DNA from: a virus
Strand: one strand, 5' to 3'
DNA length: 64,000 bases
Virus record (IMG/VR): IMGVR_UViG_3300016657_000129
Location: 9,346-73,345 of that record
Shown: positions 31,191 to 41,226 of the stretch, piece after piece
Layout of the letters: the number at the start of each line of letters is the position of its first letter
How positions within the stretch are numbered: position 1 is the first letter of the stretch
Translations under genes and position numbers: made by a program
Notes under the pieces: generated by a model
Seen by the model: only the letters and a program-made list of their open reading frames with translations
What the model was told of the DNA's origin: nothing
The model's database searches: none

Positions 31191-32346
31191 TTTCGCAGTA
31201 ATAGGGCATCAATTCTGCCGCGCATACCGTTCGGTCGCTTTGCATTTGTTCGGCAGCCAAAACCGAAATCCCAGAGCCGAAGAACGGATCGAAAATTAAG
31301 TCCGACGCCGAACCGTACTTATCAAACGCCCATACTGCTAACTCAATTGGTTTTTGGGTGGGATGAACGCGCCTTCGACCTACCTCTGACTCCCGCCAAG
31401 CACCCAACCATAAATGCCGAAACACCCGCACCGCCAAAGGCTTGTTGACATAGGCAAGCTCGGCATCGGCGAAATTAATTCCCTCGAAGTCCCCTTTCTC
31501 GGTTTTCTTGTCCCAGACGATCCAGCAACTAGATCCGGGAAGGGCGAAGCTGTAGTTGTTTGCACCCCACCAAATTTGAGTGGCAGAAGCGAATTGCTGG
31601 CAGAATTTGAAACTGTTGATGGCTGTGGTTGTATCCTCGTCCCCGGCGATCGCGGGATAATGTCTCCCGCGATCGCCGATCTTCCCATCTTTGTTCTGAA
31701 TCTTAATCCCGTAGGGTGGATCTGCCCAGATAAAGTTGGGCAATTGTCCTGCCAGCAATTTACCCACCAACTCGCTATCGGTAGAGTCGCCGCAAAGTAA
31801 CCTGTGCTTCCCTAGTTGCCAAATCTCTCCCGGTTGGCAGCGGGGAACGATCTCTACTTCTTCCTGTTGCTCTTTATTTTTGGCCTTACCAATTGGATGC
31901 TCTTGTTGCTCTAGCCCCTCAATCAGCGCGTTCAGTTCGGCTTCATCCCAGTATTCTGAGAGATCGACCTCTTGTTGAATCTGCTGCAATACTTCCAGAT
32001 CCCACTCCAGGTTTAACTCTTGTACCCGGTTGTCGGCGATCGCGAGTTCTTTGGCGATCGCGTCTGACTCTAGATCGAGATCGGTGCGTTGAACGGCAAC
32101 TAACTTCGTACCATCTGAGGGGACGACAATGACCTCTTGTATCCCAATTTGCTTGGCAACCTCCATCGTTTTGTTTCCCGCGATGATATTGCCGTGCTTG
32201 TCCACAACTATCGATCTCCCAGCGCCAACATTCTTTAGGGACGCAGTTAATGCCGCTCTCCCCTTGTCGGTTCCTTTATTGGCGTTTCTCTTGTCGGGCG
32301 TAAAGTCAGACAAACAATGCCTATCAAAACTTAAACGATCCTGCAC
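31135..32346 (-). CDS. ParB-like N-terminal domain plus N4C/N6A DNA methyltransferase
   Basis: GAGRSIVVD..IIAGN, ADNR (ParB-like); WADPPYG, HPTQKP, DPFFGSG. Confidence 0.9.
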   Translation of the reverse strand: MQDRLSFDRHCLSDFTPDKRNANKGTDKGRAALTASLKNVGAGRSIVVDKHGNIIAGNKTMEVAKQIGIQEVIVVPSDGTKLVAVQRTDLDLESDAIAKELAIADNRVQELNLEWDLEVLQQIQQEVDLSEYWDEAELNALIEGLEQQEHPIGKAKNKEQQEEVEIVPRCQPGEIWQLGKHRLLCGDSTDSELVGKLLAGQLPNFIWADPPYGIKIQNKDGKIGDRGRHYPAIAGDEDTTTAINSFKFCQQFASATQIWWGANNYSFALPGSSCWIVWDKKTEKGDFEGINFADAELAYVNKPLAVRVFRHLWLGAWRESEVGRRRVHPTQKPIELAVWAFDKYGSASDLIFDPFFGSGISVLAAEQMQSDRTVCAAELMPYYCEIAMRRWEEEMGEKAKRSN

Positions 32347-32361
32347 CGCGATGTTCCTCTG

Positions 32362-32424
32362 GTAAATAGACTTTAGTTAGATCTTATTGACCGTAAATAG
32401 ACTTTAGCTAGACTTTGGTTAGAC
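32362..32424. repeat. direct repeats in the divergent terS-like / methylase-terL intergenic region
   Basis: GTAAATAGACTTTAG(T/C)TAGA at 32362 and 32393, plus a third partial AGACTTTGGTTAG. Confidence 0.7.
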
Positions 32425-32446
32425 GATTTCGCTTAGTTTTTGCACG

Positions 32447-32935
32447 ATGGCTCGACCCCTTTGCTTAAAATACCCCCAGCAAGTAGAAATTGCCGATTTA
32501 ATTTTGGACGGCGTAACGTACCATGAAATTGCTCGGCAATTTGGCGTTAGTCGCGCAACTATCGCTACTCTTGCCTGTACCTCGGAATTTAAGCAGCTTT
32601 TGAGCGATCGCGAGGCCGTACTAAAAGAAGCCGCCATCCGCGAACTTTCCATCGACAAAGACAGGGAACGCGGGATACAAGAACTTGAGCAGTACCGAAA
32701 TCGACGAAAGCAGTCTGCGATCGCGAGCCAAGTATTCGGAATCAGCGGGTTGCAGAAACTGAAGCAATATTTTGATGCAATGGATCTTCAGCAGCTTGCA
32801 CCCAAAGACGTGGCTGCATTGATTAGAGCCTTTTCAACCCTGGTACAGGATGGATCGAACTCAGAAGCCGAGTACCTGGGACTAGACAAACTTGTTGCTT
32901 ACTTCAAGTCAGAGCAATCTAAGGATAGCGACTAG
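32447..32935 (+). CDS. HTH protein, probable terminase small subunit
   Basis: N-terminal HTH (GVTYHEIARQFGVSRATI) followed by helical region; next to terL. Confidence 0.6.
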   Translation: MARPLCLKYPQQVEIADLILDGVTYHEIARQFGVSRATIATLACTSEFKQLLSDREAVLKEAAIRELSIDKDRERGIQELEQYRNRRKQSAIASQVFGISGLQKLKQYFDAMDLQQLAPKDVAALIRAFSTLVQDGSNSEAEYLGLDKLVAYFKSEQSKDSD

Positions 32936-33155
32936 AACTGGGGAAGAAATAAAGAGCGTTTTTCTTAAAAATATTGCAAAAGATTTCGATATCTTGAACG
33001 GTGATACTTCTATATCCCAGTTCTTTTTTGGCATATGCCGAAACTGTATATCCGGTGAGTTTAGCCGCTTGCTCTTGAGACAAGCCAGCCTCAATCCTCG
33101 CCTGTTTGACGCGGTTGCGTAGTGCGATAGATAGCGTGTCAATCGTTGCTTCCAT
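32919..33155 (-). CDS. XRE/Cro-CI family HTH regulator
   Basis: RVKQARIEAGLSQEQAAKLTG.TVSAYAKKELG. Confidence 0.85.
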   Translation of the reverse strand: MEATIDTLSIALRNRVKQARIEAGLSQEQAAKLTGYTVSAYAKKELGYRSITVQDIEIFCNIFKKNALYFFPSSSRYP

Positions 33156-33246
33156 TCTTCTAGTTTGTGCTGGCTCGATCTGTGCTTGGTTTCATTATCT
33201 CCAATATATATCCGCATACGATTGTTTTAGCTAGGAGGAAGTCTTT

Positions 33247-34170
33247 ATGCTGCACCATTTCGATACTGGAGGTGCTGGATTATGTAGTTTTGATTCAACC
33301 GCAGATGGCGTGTTGTATAAAGATGCCTTGTTATTGCCTGAAGGTACGCACACCGATAACAAGGGCAACATCCATCACTTTCCCGCTGCGTTAGTACAAA
33401 GGTTTGCTGCAAATACCAACGCTGCCCTAGATCGCGGTGAAGAGGTTCCCTTTATCACCGATCACTCGAAAGAATTGTTTGCTGGCGGGCAGTTTAAGCG
33501 CTTGGGCGAATTGGCGAGTCGGGTTGAGTGTCGGGCGATCGCGCCAAGCGATCTACCCGACCCCAAGATGACTCACTTACTGGGCAAGATCGGAGCCTTC
33601 GCTAGGGTGGCGATTCGCGATCAGGTTGATAAAGTGCAGAAGGGGTTGATTAAGCGCTTGTCACCTGGCATAGATCTGCAACATCAAAAGTTTGGCGAAA
33701 TCTCTGCCGTGTTGTTCCCGGCAATCAATGGGCCATCGTTGTTGTTCGCGCAATTTAGCCTCGACTACACCGAAGCTAAAAAGCAGGTTGAAGCCAACGA
33801 CGAATTGAAACAGAAAGCTCAAAAGTGCTTTGAGATTTTGTGGGGCGTGTTGACTCAGATCGATCGCACCCCTCCCGAACAGTTAATGGGGTTGGACGTT
33901 AAAGCCTTGAAGCGCAATGCGCTCGGCGCTTTTCATAAGGATTTGAGCGAGTTGCTGGGAGTAGAAGATGTGGCGATCGCGCCTCCTCAAATCCCCGTTG
34001 CACCTCCACCAGCCAACCCTTACATGCCCAACCTCTACGACCCCAACGCCCCATCTCTGCCACCTGGTCAGCCCAAGACAGGTCAAACGCCTGGGGAGTA
34101 CAGTTCAAATTTAAAAAGCCGAGCCGACTTTGGGCGGAAGTCTCGCTATAGCAGTAATGGAGCTAAATAA
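33247..34170 (+). CDS. prohead protease (Mu gpI-like)
   Basis: LLLPEGTHTD..G..HF, FITDHS, IKRLSPGI; first gene of the head operon. Confidence 0.7.
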   Translation: MLHHFDTGGAGLCSFDSTADGVLYKDALLLPEGTHTDNKGNIHHFPAALVQRFAANTNAALDRGEEVPFITDHSKELFAGGQFKRLGELASRVECRAIAPSDLPDPKMTHLLGKIGAFARVAIRDQVDKVQKGLIKRLSPGIDLQHQKFGEISAVLFPAINGPSLLFAQFSLDYTEAKKQVEANDELKQKAQKCFEILWGVLTQIDRTPPEQLMGLDVKALKRNALGAFHKDLSELLGVEDVAIAPPQIPVAPPPANPYMPNLYDPNAPSLPPGQPKTGQTPGEYSSNLKSRADFGRKSRYSSNGAK

Positions 34171-34944
34171 ATGATCTATTCAATGTTTACGTTGGGCGAA
34201 ATTGAGGCTGAATTTGCTGAGTTTGGAGTTGGCGGCACAATCGATCGGGCGATCGATCGTGGGGTTGGTTTAGCTAAGCGCGGAATTGGTGCGGCTAGAC
34301 AGGGAGCTAGTAAAGCCGGACAAGTAATTTGGGCCACAAGCAAGCGAGGTGTTAGGTATGCTCGCAAAGTAGGTGTAAGAGCAGGAGGTGCAGTTAAGTC
34401 AGGAGCAAAAACTGCAATTTCCCACGTTCGCTCGCACAAAGGGAAATATGCCGCAGGCGCTGCTGGTCTTGCGGTGGGTGCAGGGGTCGCAGGCTATTTA
34501 GCTAATAGGAGAAGAGAGGAATATTCTTGCAATCCTTATCTCGCTGAGTTTGCAGAAACCAGCAGAAGGCAAGCTAGACAAGCTAGGCAAGCTAAAAAGA
34601 CTGCCGCAATGAGAGATGTTACAGCTTCCAGAAGAGCGCCAAGCGCTGTACCGAGAGCCGAGGCCAGAGCCGCCGCTGGTATACAGCCAACAATGAATAG
34701 GCAGCAAAGGTTTAATAAAGCTCTTAAAAGAATCGCAGATAACAAAAGTACGGGAGGGGTAATTTGGGCTACTAGCGTAAAAGGAAAACGCTATGCCCGG
34801 AGAGTTGGGCCAAGATTAAAACCCGCTGCTGCTTCCTCTCTTGCCGCTTCAGGCGGAGGACGCAAAGGACTATTGCTTGCTGGTGCAGCGCTTGGCGCCG
34901 CTGGTGTGGCTGGGTATCTAGCAACTCGTCAACGCAAAGAATAA
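34171..34944 (+). CDS. very basic head-associated protein with an internal duplication and two hydrophobic segments
   Basis: VIWATSKRGVRYARKVG / VIWATSVKGKRYARRVG; AGVAGYLA twice. Confidence 0.6.
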   Translation: MIYSMFTLGEIEAEFAEFGVGGTIDRAIDRGVGLAKRGIGAARQGASKAGQVIWATSKRGVRYARKVGVRAGGAVKSGAKTAISHVRSHKGKYAAGAAGLAVGAGVAGYLANRRREEYSCNPYLAEFAETSRRQARQARQAKKTAAMRDVTASRRAPSAVPRAEARAAAGIQPTMNRQQRFNKALKRIADNKSTGGVIWATSVKGKRYARRVGPRLKPAAASSLAASGGGRKGLLLAGAALGAAGVAGYLATRQRKE

Positions 34945-34956
34945 GTGTAGTAGATT

Positions 34957-35937
34957 ATGCAAACAATGACCATAGAAGACGCGATGGAGGAACTCTCAAC
35001 GCCTCCTGAGTACGCAGAAATCGAAGCGTTGGACATTGATTACGCCGAGCAAAGGCAAGCAATTAAAGCCATCCTTGCTTCTGAAGAAATGGGCGAGATG
35101 TCGAGCGATGAAGCTGACGAATCGATCGTTAACGTCCTTGAGGATCACAACGAAGCTCAACTCGAAATATTCGATTTAGAACCCGTTGGGATTGAAGGCG
35201 ACGATGAGGATGAAGAGTCTGAATTTAACGCCAACCTAAGAACGGTTAGCTTCTCTGCTGGCTTTGGGCAAATGTTGGCAGAGTTGATCGATTCTTCCTA
35301 CGAAAATGTTGACGACGCGATCGCCGACATCGCAACCCAAACCGGAATCGAAGCGGATGATATCCCCTTGATGTTATCTGGGCAACTCGTGCCGGATCAA
35401 TCTGGCTTGGAAGCGATCGCTGAATTGTTTGCAGTTCTGCAAAATAACGAGCAAGCGTACCAAGAGTTTATGTTGCTTGGTAACAACGCCTACGGTGAAG
35501 CGATCGCCGAAACCGAACCGGAGCCAGAGCCTGAACCTGTGGCGACAATGAGCGCGGACATGCGGCTCCGGGCAGAGTTTGCTGCGCTGCAAGAGCGCGA
35601 AACGATCGGCGACAACCTTCGCAATATCGAGCGCGCTTGCGATCGCATGGTGTCGGAAGGTAGGTTAACTCCTTACGAGCGTCAGTTGTTGTTGGGTGAG
35701 TTTGAGGAACGAGGCGATCGCGTGGCTGCGTTTTCGGTGGCGTGCGAACAAGAAGGTATCGCCCCATCTCAGCAACTAGATCGGATCAATTTCTATCTCT
35801 ACGTTGCCAACCAACGCGGCGATATCGCGCTATTTTCTCAACCTGCGCTAGAACCCCTGACCCCAGTACTCGATCAAGAGTCGGTTTCGTTCGTGGGGGA
35901 ATATCGCGATCGCAAAGGTTTCGATAGCTGCATGTAA
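34957..35937 (+). CDS. acidic scaffolding-like protein
   Basis: Highly acidic, helical; between protease and decoration genes. Confidence 0.6.
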   Translation: MQTMTIEDAMEELSTPPEYAEIEALDIDYAEQRQAIKAILASEEMGEMSSDEADESIVNVLEDHNEAQLEIFDLEPVGIEGDDEDEESEFNANLRTVSFSAGFGQMLAELIDSSYENVDDAIADIATQTGIEADDIPLMLSGQLVPDQSGLEAIAELFAVLQNNEQAYQEFMLLGNNAYGEAIAETEPEPEPEPVATMSADMRLRAEFAALQERETIGDNLRNIERACDRMVSEGRLTPYERQLLLGEFEERGDRVAAFSVACEQEGIAPSQQLDRINFYLYVANQRGDIALFSQPALEPLTPVLDQESVSFVGEYRDRKGFDSCM

Positions 35938-35970
35938 AGGTGCGTAGCGCCGCACGTTTGTGGAGGTTTT

Positions 35971-36909
35971 GTGACTTTAGCTCAAAGAAAAACTTACAGA
36001 TTTGAACGCACCGTACTCTATAACAACGTGATTACCGAAAGTCTTTACGGCGTTAGTTTGAGTCCGGATCGCGTGCCGACAATTGGCGGAGTGAAGCGCA
36101 TTCTAGCAGGTTCGTTCTTGGCGGCGGGAGAGAGAATTCTTCCCCGCGCTACAATCGCCAGTCCCTACGCTTCGGGCGGGGCAACTGTTATCACCAACAA
36201 CCCTTGGGTATTTCAGGTGGGTGACGTGCTGCGCGCAATCGGCACGCCCAACTCGACCCCGCAACAAGAGTGGGAAGCTGTAACAGCCGGAACGGCTACC
36301 CCGTTAGGTACGGTGACGGCAATTAATAATTTGTCGGTCAAACAGAAAACCGTGCTGACGCCAAACAGCGTCGCGGTTGGTAATATCTTCCGCATCACCG
36401 TTGATGGAGCGGCGATCGCCTTCATCGCTACTGCTGCCAGTACAGCAAACGTAACTGCCGGGTTAAAAGCTGCTTTCGATTTGGCGAGGGGAGCGACATC
36501 TTCGCTGCAAGATATTGATGCGACGGATACAGGCACGACTCTGGACTTAACCCATACCGAAGAAGGGGAGATCTTTACCGTCGTTCCTAGCGTGTTGCAG
36601 GGAACGGCGGGAACATTAGGGACGATGACGGCAGCGATCGCCACTCCCGTAGGGGCGCTGACGATAACTCCGGCTGGAGGGAACGGCAACTTAGCGATCG
36701 GCTCGAAGGTTGGCGCGATCGCTGACGTGCCTTTAGGGATAATCGCCCACGATTATTGGTTCACGGATTCAGGAGACGGACTCCATTACAGCAGGGATTT
36801 CGCTGCCTACAACAAAGCAGCGATTTACTCAAAGGGCTTGCCTTATCTTGACGGACACTTAGTGCGCGCGCTCCCTGGCCTATCCTTTATTCCTGCTTAT
36901 GGTACGTAA
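35971..36909 (+). CDS. head decoration protein
   Basis: Thr/Ala/Gly-rich beta protein immediately before the capsid gene. Confidence 0.6.
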   Translation: MTLAQRKTYRFERTVLYNNVITESLYGVSLSPDRVPTIGGVKRILAGSFLAAGERILPRATIASPYASGGATVITNNPWVFQVGDVLRAIGTPNSTPQQEWEAVTAGTATPLGTVTAINNLSVKQKTVLTPNSVAVGNIFRITVDGAAIAFIATAASTANVTAGLKAAFDLARGATSSLQDIDATDTGTTLDLTHTEEGEIFTVVPSVLQGTAGTLGTMTAAIATPVGALTITPAGGNGNLAIGSKVGAIADVPLGIIAHDYWFTDSGDGLHYSRDFAAYNKAAIYSKGLPYLDGHLVRALPGLSFIPAYGT

Positions 36910-36911
36910 AA

Positions 36912-38030
36912 ATGTCTATTGCTGCTTTTTTAAATTCGGGTCGGATTCAGACAAAGGTGCAGGCGGTCATCGACAATACCCACGCCTTTTTGGTTGACCC
37001 AGAGAAAGAGAACTTCCTCAAGCAAATGGGGAAGACGCCAGACCCTAAAATGCTCGGTCAGTTTGCGCTGATGGATGAATATGCGCCCATTGAGCTGTCT
37101 GACGACTTTCGGGTTTTGGAATATTTGATCGTCAGGAACATGGCGATCGCTTCGGTCATCGCCACTGGACAAGAAATTCCTCAAACTCGAATCGGGCAAC
37201 TGCTGAAGTTTGAAGGAACTTTTGGTAAGTTGGCAATCTCTCACGTCTTCGACGAGGAAGATGAAATCCGGATGTTGGAGTTAGCAAAAATGACTTCAAT
37301 GCCCACAGCTTTTGTCGATATGTTGGTGGGTTCTGTTGACGCCCTACAACCTAGAATAATTAAGCTCGCTAACGTTTTGACTTGGCAAGCCTTTTATCAA
37401 GGGTTTGTTGATTTTACCGATCCTAGAGCGCAAGTTGCTTTTAGGTTGCGCTACAACGCTCCTGTTGAATCGTTTCCAGCTCCTTTGATAGGTAGTGACT
37501 TGTGGTCGAATCCGTTAGCCAATGGAATCAGAAACCTACAAGAACATTCAGATGCTTTGTATCACCTGAATGGGTTTTATCCCGACGAGACTGTGATGTC
37601 GAAGCGTTTGAGCAGGCAGTTATTAAATCAGACCTCAACTCGCGATTATGCGCTTAGTTTAGGTTTAATTTCTAACATCCCGGGCGCAAACGTGGCGACT
37701 GGAGTAGACCTTGTAATTTTGAACAAGTTGTGCGAGCGCTTAGATATTCCCAAAATCCGTATTGACGACGCCGCCTACGAAATAGAAATCGCGCCTAACA
37801 CCACTATTAAAGGTCGATACTTGCCCGACAATACCTACGCTTTCGTAACCAAGGGCATGGCAAAGAGGCTAATCGGGCCAACAATTGAGGGAAAAGGCAA
37901 GCCGGGAGTGTTTGTTAAGAGCGAGGAAACAATTAAATCTTCGCCGCCGCAATCTCGCAGCTATGCAGTTGCCAGAATGGTGCCGTTTATTCCCCAACCT
38001 AAAGCTTTGGGAGCAAGGAAGGTAGCATGA
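36912..38030 (+). CDS. major capsid protein (lambda gpE-like family)
   Basis: 372 aa; ASVIATGQEIP, KLANVLTWQA..QG, HK97-fold-like layout and position. Confidence 0.8.
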   Translation: MSIAAFLNSGRIQTKVQAVIDNTHAFLVDPEKENFLKQMGKTPDPKMLGQFALMDEYAPIELSDDFRVLEYLIVRNMAIASVIATGQEIPQTRIGQLLKFEGTFGKLAISHVFDEEDEIRMLELAKMTSMPTAFVDMLVGSVDALQPRIIKLANVLTWQAFYQGFVDFTDPRAQVAFRLRYNAPVESFPAPLIGSDLWSNPLANGIRNLQEHSDALYHLNGFYPDETVMSKRLSRQLLNQTSTRDYALSLGLISNIPGANVATGVDLVILNKLCERLDIPKIRIDDAAYEIEIAPNTTIKGRYLPDNTYAFVTKGMAKRLIGPTIEGKGKPGVFVKSEETIKSSPPQSRSYAVARMVPFIPQPKALGARKVA

Positions 38031-38476
38031 CGATCGATATCAACCAACCCGTCAGATTGAAGCAGATTTTGGTAGATGGCACCAACATCTACTATCCTCG
38101 GACGTATCAGCCTGGGGAACTTCCTGCTGCGTACCTCAACGAATCTTTTGTCGATCAAGGGGAAGGATTGGTAGTTCCAGCAATTAGCTACCAAAATTCA
38201 ATTCAAGTTCAGGAGGTGAAAATTTCTCCGGTTGATCCCGTGGCTTCTCCTACTTCCTATCCTGGCCCAACTCCGGTTGTCGCGACAAAGAAAGTCGAAA
38301 TCAACAAAGATCCAGCTACTGCAATTTCTGCGTTACCTGGGATAGGGTCGGCGATCGCGCTCAAGGTAGTCGAGCAGCGAGAGGCTAAACCTTTTGACAA
38401 TATAGAAGACCTGCAAACACGAGTGCCGCTCTCAAAAGGTAGCTGGCAGAAAGTAGCGCCAAATATTGCATTTTAG
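38027..38476 (+). CDS. ComEA-like helix-hairpin-helix DNA-binding protein
   Basis: KVEINKDPATAISALPGIGSAIALKVVEQR..PFDNIEDL. Confidence 0.8.
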   Translation: MTIDINQPVRLKQILVDGTNIYYPRTYQPGELPAAYLNESFVDQGEGLVVPAISYQNSIQVQEVKISPVDPVASPTSYPGPTPVVATKKVEINKDPATAISALPGIGSAIALKVVEQREAKPFDNIEDLQTRVPLSKGSWQKVAPNIAF

Positions 38477-38479
38477 ATT

Positions 38480-39016
38480 ATGGAGTTCACCACTACCGAC
38501 GCGATCGCTCGCCGCCTGCGCGGAAGGTTAGAAATCCAGGGACAAATGCCTGCGTTTGGTTCTAACCTCGGCGCTAGCCAAATTGATGTCGAATTGCTCG
38601 ACCAGGTGGGCAATCAAGTCGAGGCTGACTTCAACGCGATCGCCAAGATGATCTATGTCTGGCCTCCACCAGTAAGCGCGATCGCTGCCAGACAAATTGT
38701 TGCTGGCATCATCGAACGGTTGGTAATTTCCGAACTTGCTCAAACTCACTTCCAGCAATCTCAAAGTCCCGAAATGGGTGGCGATGCGGGATTTGGGGCG
38801 GTGATGAGAAAGCAAGCATTTGAGCAGATTCAAAAATACTTTGGAGGGCATGGAATATTTATTCCCGGAGCCACGGAGCCAACCGAGCCAGCGCAACCAA
38901 TTTTGCTTCCCGACGTGCCTTTGCTCGACCATACGCCAGATACAATCACCCGCAATACAACGTTAATCGGTCATCGGCGAACAGCGGAATCGGCAACGAT
39001 TAATTGGGGTTTTTAA
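38480..39016 (+). CDS. head-tail adaptor (Mu gp36-like)
   Basis: Size, helical content and position after the capsid gene. Confidence 0.55.
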   Translation: MEFTTTDAIARRLRGRLEIQGQMPAFGSNLGASQIDVELLDQVGNQVEADFNAIAKMIYVWPPPVSAIAARQIVAGIIERLVISELAQTHFQQSQSPEMGGDAGFGAVMRKQAFEQIQKYFGGHGIFIPGATEPTEPAQPILLPDVPLLDHTPDTITRNTTLIGHRRTAESATINWGF

Positions 39017-39043
39017 AGTTTTATTTTAACGAGGTAAAGAAAG

Positions 39044-39898
39044 ATGAGTTACGAAGGGATTAGTCCTGCTTTCGCGCAAGCGTTGCTGGGGAAGCTAAAT
39101 GGGGAAAGCATTTCGGCTCCCGTTGAGGGATGGGAATTAGGACTTTATTCAACGCTGTTTGATGCGGCAGGAGTAGCGATCGAATTAGCTAGCGGATCTT
39201 CTCCTGGATACGCACCAGCATTACTAGCTGCTTCGCCTTTGGCGGTTGCAGCACCAGCAGGAAGATTAACCAAGAATGCCACGCCCATCATGTGGCCTAT
39301 CAATTCCAGCACTAACACGCCTTGGCAGACAGCGATCGCCGTCGCCATCGGCAAAAAAACCGGATCTAGCAGTACCCTACCCAAAGTTTGCGCCTTTGGG
39401 AAATTGGACACGGGTTGGAGCAACGACCCTGGCAACCGGCTTTACTATCCGGTGAATCGCTTTCAAATCAGAATGTTTGCGGATGATACCAGGATTTCTC
39501 AAGAGGAAGCTGAGGAAAACCTGCAACTATTTCAGGGAGCCGCAATTAATCCGCCCAACCATTACTTTTTGGGATTGGGAGCCGACGTACCGGATAGGCT
39601 GGGGAATATCGCAGAAATAACCGACTTGGCGAGGGTGCAGATTCCTTGCGTTGGTGGGACTTGGGTGGCTGGCTCCACCGTTCGACGCCGAACCAATGCC
39701 AGCATTTACGAGTTCGTCGCAGCTCCCGCCAACCTGCCAAGAATTAAGTCTTTTGGCTTGTTTACCGATCCTAGAGCCGCTGGAGGGAACGCAGACACAA
39801 CTAAGCCGCGTTGGTTTGGTGAGGTAACTGCCGAGAAAGTAATTTATTTCGAGGACATTATTGTCATTTTGTCGGGCGGTATGGAGTTGGGACTGTAA
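39044..39898 (+). CDS. tail/neck structural protein with two tandem similar domains
   Basis: Two similar halves (..LGLYST..E...GY..T.NA..I.W / ..LGLG....E...RV...TNA.IYEF). Confidence 0.6.
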   Translation: MSYEGISPAFAQALLGKLNGESISAPVEGWELGLYSTLFDAAGVAIELASGSSPGYAPALLAASPLAVAAPAGRLTKNATPIMWPINSSTNTPWQTAIAVAIGKKTGSSSTLPKVCAFGKLDTGWSNDPGNRLYYPVNRFQIRMFADDTRISQEEAEENLQLFQGAAINPPNHYFLGLGADVPDRLGNIAEITDLARVQIPCVGGTWVAGSTVRRRTNASIYEFVAAPANLPRIKSFGLFTDPRAAGGNADTTKPRWFGEVTAEKVIYFEDIIVILSGGMELGL

Positions 39899-40821
39899 TG
39901 GAAATCGCGCTATCTTCGGTTTTAGATGTCGATACTTCGTCTGCGATCGCGACTTTAAATGAAGTGCGCGCGCTTCATTCTTTGTTAGATGTGGATATTT
40001 CAACATCTGCAATTGATGGTGACTTGGTACGGATCGTCAAAGCAATTTTTTCCAAAACAGAAATTGATAATTCAGTTGCGGTCGTTGCTTTGAATCAGTT
40101 GCACGCGGTAAAGTCTCGATTGGAGGTTGACACATCAAAAGCGTCGATAGAGTTCCACTTACAAAAAGCTGTTGATACGACAATCGACGCAGACAAATCG
40201 GTTGCTACGCTCAACCCTTGTTGTTTGCGTGCCGTCGATACAACGCTTGAAATTGATAGCTCGCAAGCCGACTTAAAGTTAAACGTGCAGCACGCGATAA
40301 AAACTTTAATTGAGGGCGATCGCTCGACGGCAACACTAAAGCACCTGTACTTAAAAAATCCGCCTCTGCCGCCAGAAATCTCTCAATCGGGGATTCAAAT
40401 TAGGGCTAGCAAGAAAATTCCGTTAAAAAATGCTCAGCTAATTTCTGGGAGCTTTTATTCGTTTGACGCAATCGTGACGGGCGATCGCCTGCAGGGGACT
40501 TGCTTGATTTTTACGGTGCGTCAACTGTACGGAGAAAAGCGCCCAATTGTGTTACAGAAATCGACTATCGGAACGCCTGGTGAATTTCTAAACACTTCTC
40601 AAGGCAAGGGCGACATCATGATTCAATCAATTACGCCCACGCTCTCCTCTGGACAGGGTGCGGTGCAAGAAATGATCGCGTCGATTCTCGTCACTCCCGA
40701 TGATTGGCGTTATTTCTCACGCATTCCCGGCTCTTACGCTTACGATTTGTGGTCAAACGATTTAATGGGAACTTCTTGTCAGTTAGAAGTGGGAACGTTT
40801 TCGATTGTGGAGGGCAAATGA
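39898..40821 (+). CDS. structural protein with ~7 x 21-aa repeats
   Basis: LDVDTSSAIA / TEIDNSVAVV / LEVDTSKASI / IDADKSVATL / LEIDSSQADL repeats. Confidence 0.6.
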   Translation: MEIALSSVLDVDTSSAIATLNEVRALHSLLDVDISTSAIDGDLVRIVKAIFSKTEIDNSVAVVALNQLHAVKSRLEVDTSKASIEFHLQKAVDTTIDADKSVATLNPCCLRAVDTTLEIDSSQADLKLNVQHAIKTLIEGDRSTATLKHLYLKNPPLPPEISQSGIQIRASKKIPLKNAQLISGSFYSFDAIVTGDRLQGTCLIFTVRQLYGEKRPIVLQKSTIGTPGEFLNTSQGKGDIMIQSITPTLSSGQGAVQEMIASILVTPDDWRYFSRIPGSYAYDLWSNDLMGTSCQLEVGTFSIVEGK

Positions 40822-41225
40822 TAACGGCAGAAGTAATTGGAGGTGCAAAGTTAGATGGATTGGTATTAGATCGCCAGCAATCGGTCACAGTGAGGATTCG
40901 CGTCGTTCATACGGGATTGTTGGGAGCAAAGCTAAAGTTCGTTGCCAAAAAACCGGAAAATGCGAACGATCCAGACGATGCTTCGGCAATTATTAATAAG
41001 TCAGGAATTCAAGGAGGTGCGGCAAGCGGAATCGAGATCGATACCAGTTCTACTAACACAATTATGGTCGGTAGGATGAAACTTGCTAAGGCAGATACCG
41101 AGTTGTTGAATCCGGGTGAAACTTTGCTTTGGGGTATTCAACTTAGCACCTCAGATGGTGAAATCCCCTTGCCAGAGTTGCGAGGGACGCTAACTATTCG
41201 CGGCGATTTAGTTAAGGTGACGTGA
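40818..41225 (+). CDS. structural protein (BppU-N-like beta domain)
   Basis: ATGA-coupled; DTELLNPGETLLWGIQL....GTLTIRGD pattern. Confidence 0.55.
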   Translation: MITAEVIGGAKLDGLVLDRQQSVTVRIRVVHTGLLGAKLKFVAKKPENANDPDDASAIINKSGIQGGAASGIEIDTSSTNTIMVGRMKLAKADTELLNPGETLLWGIQLSTSDGEIPLPELRGTLTIRGDLVKVT

Positions 41226-41226
41226 T

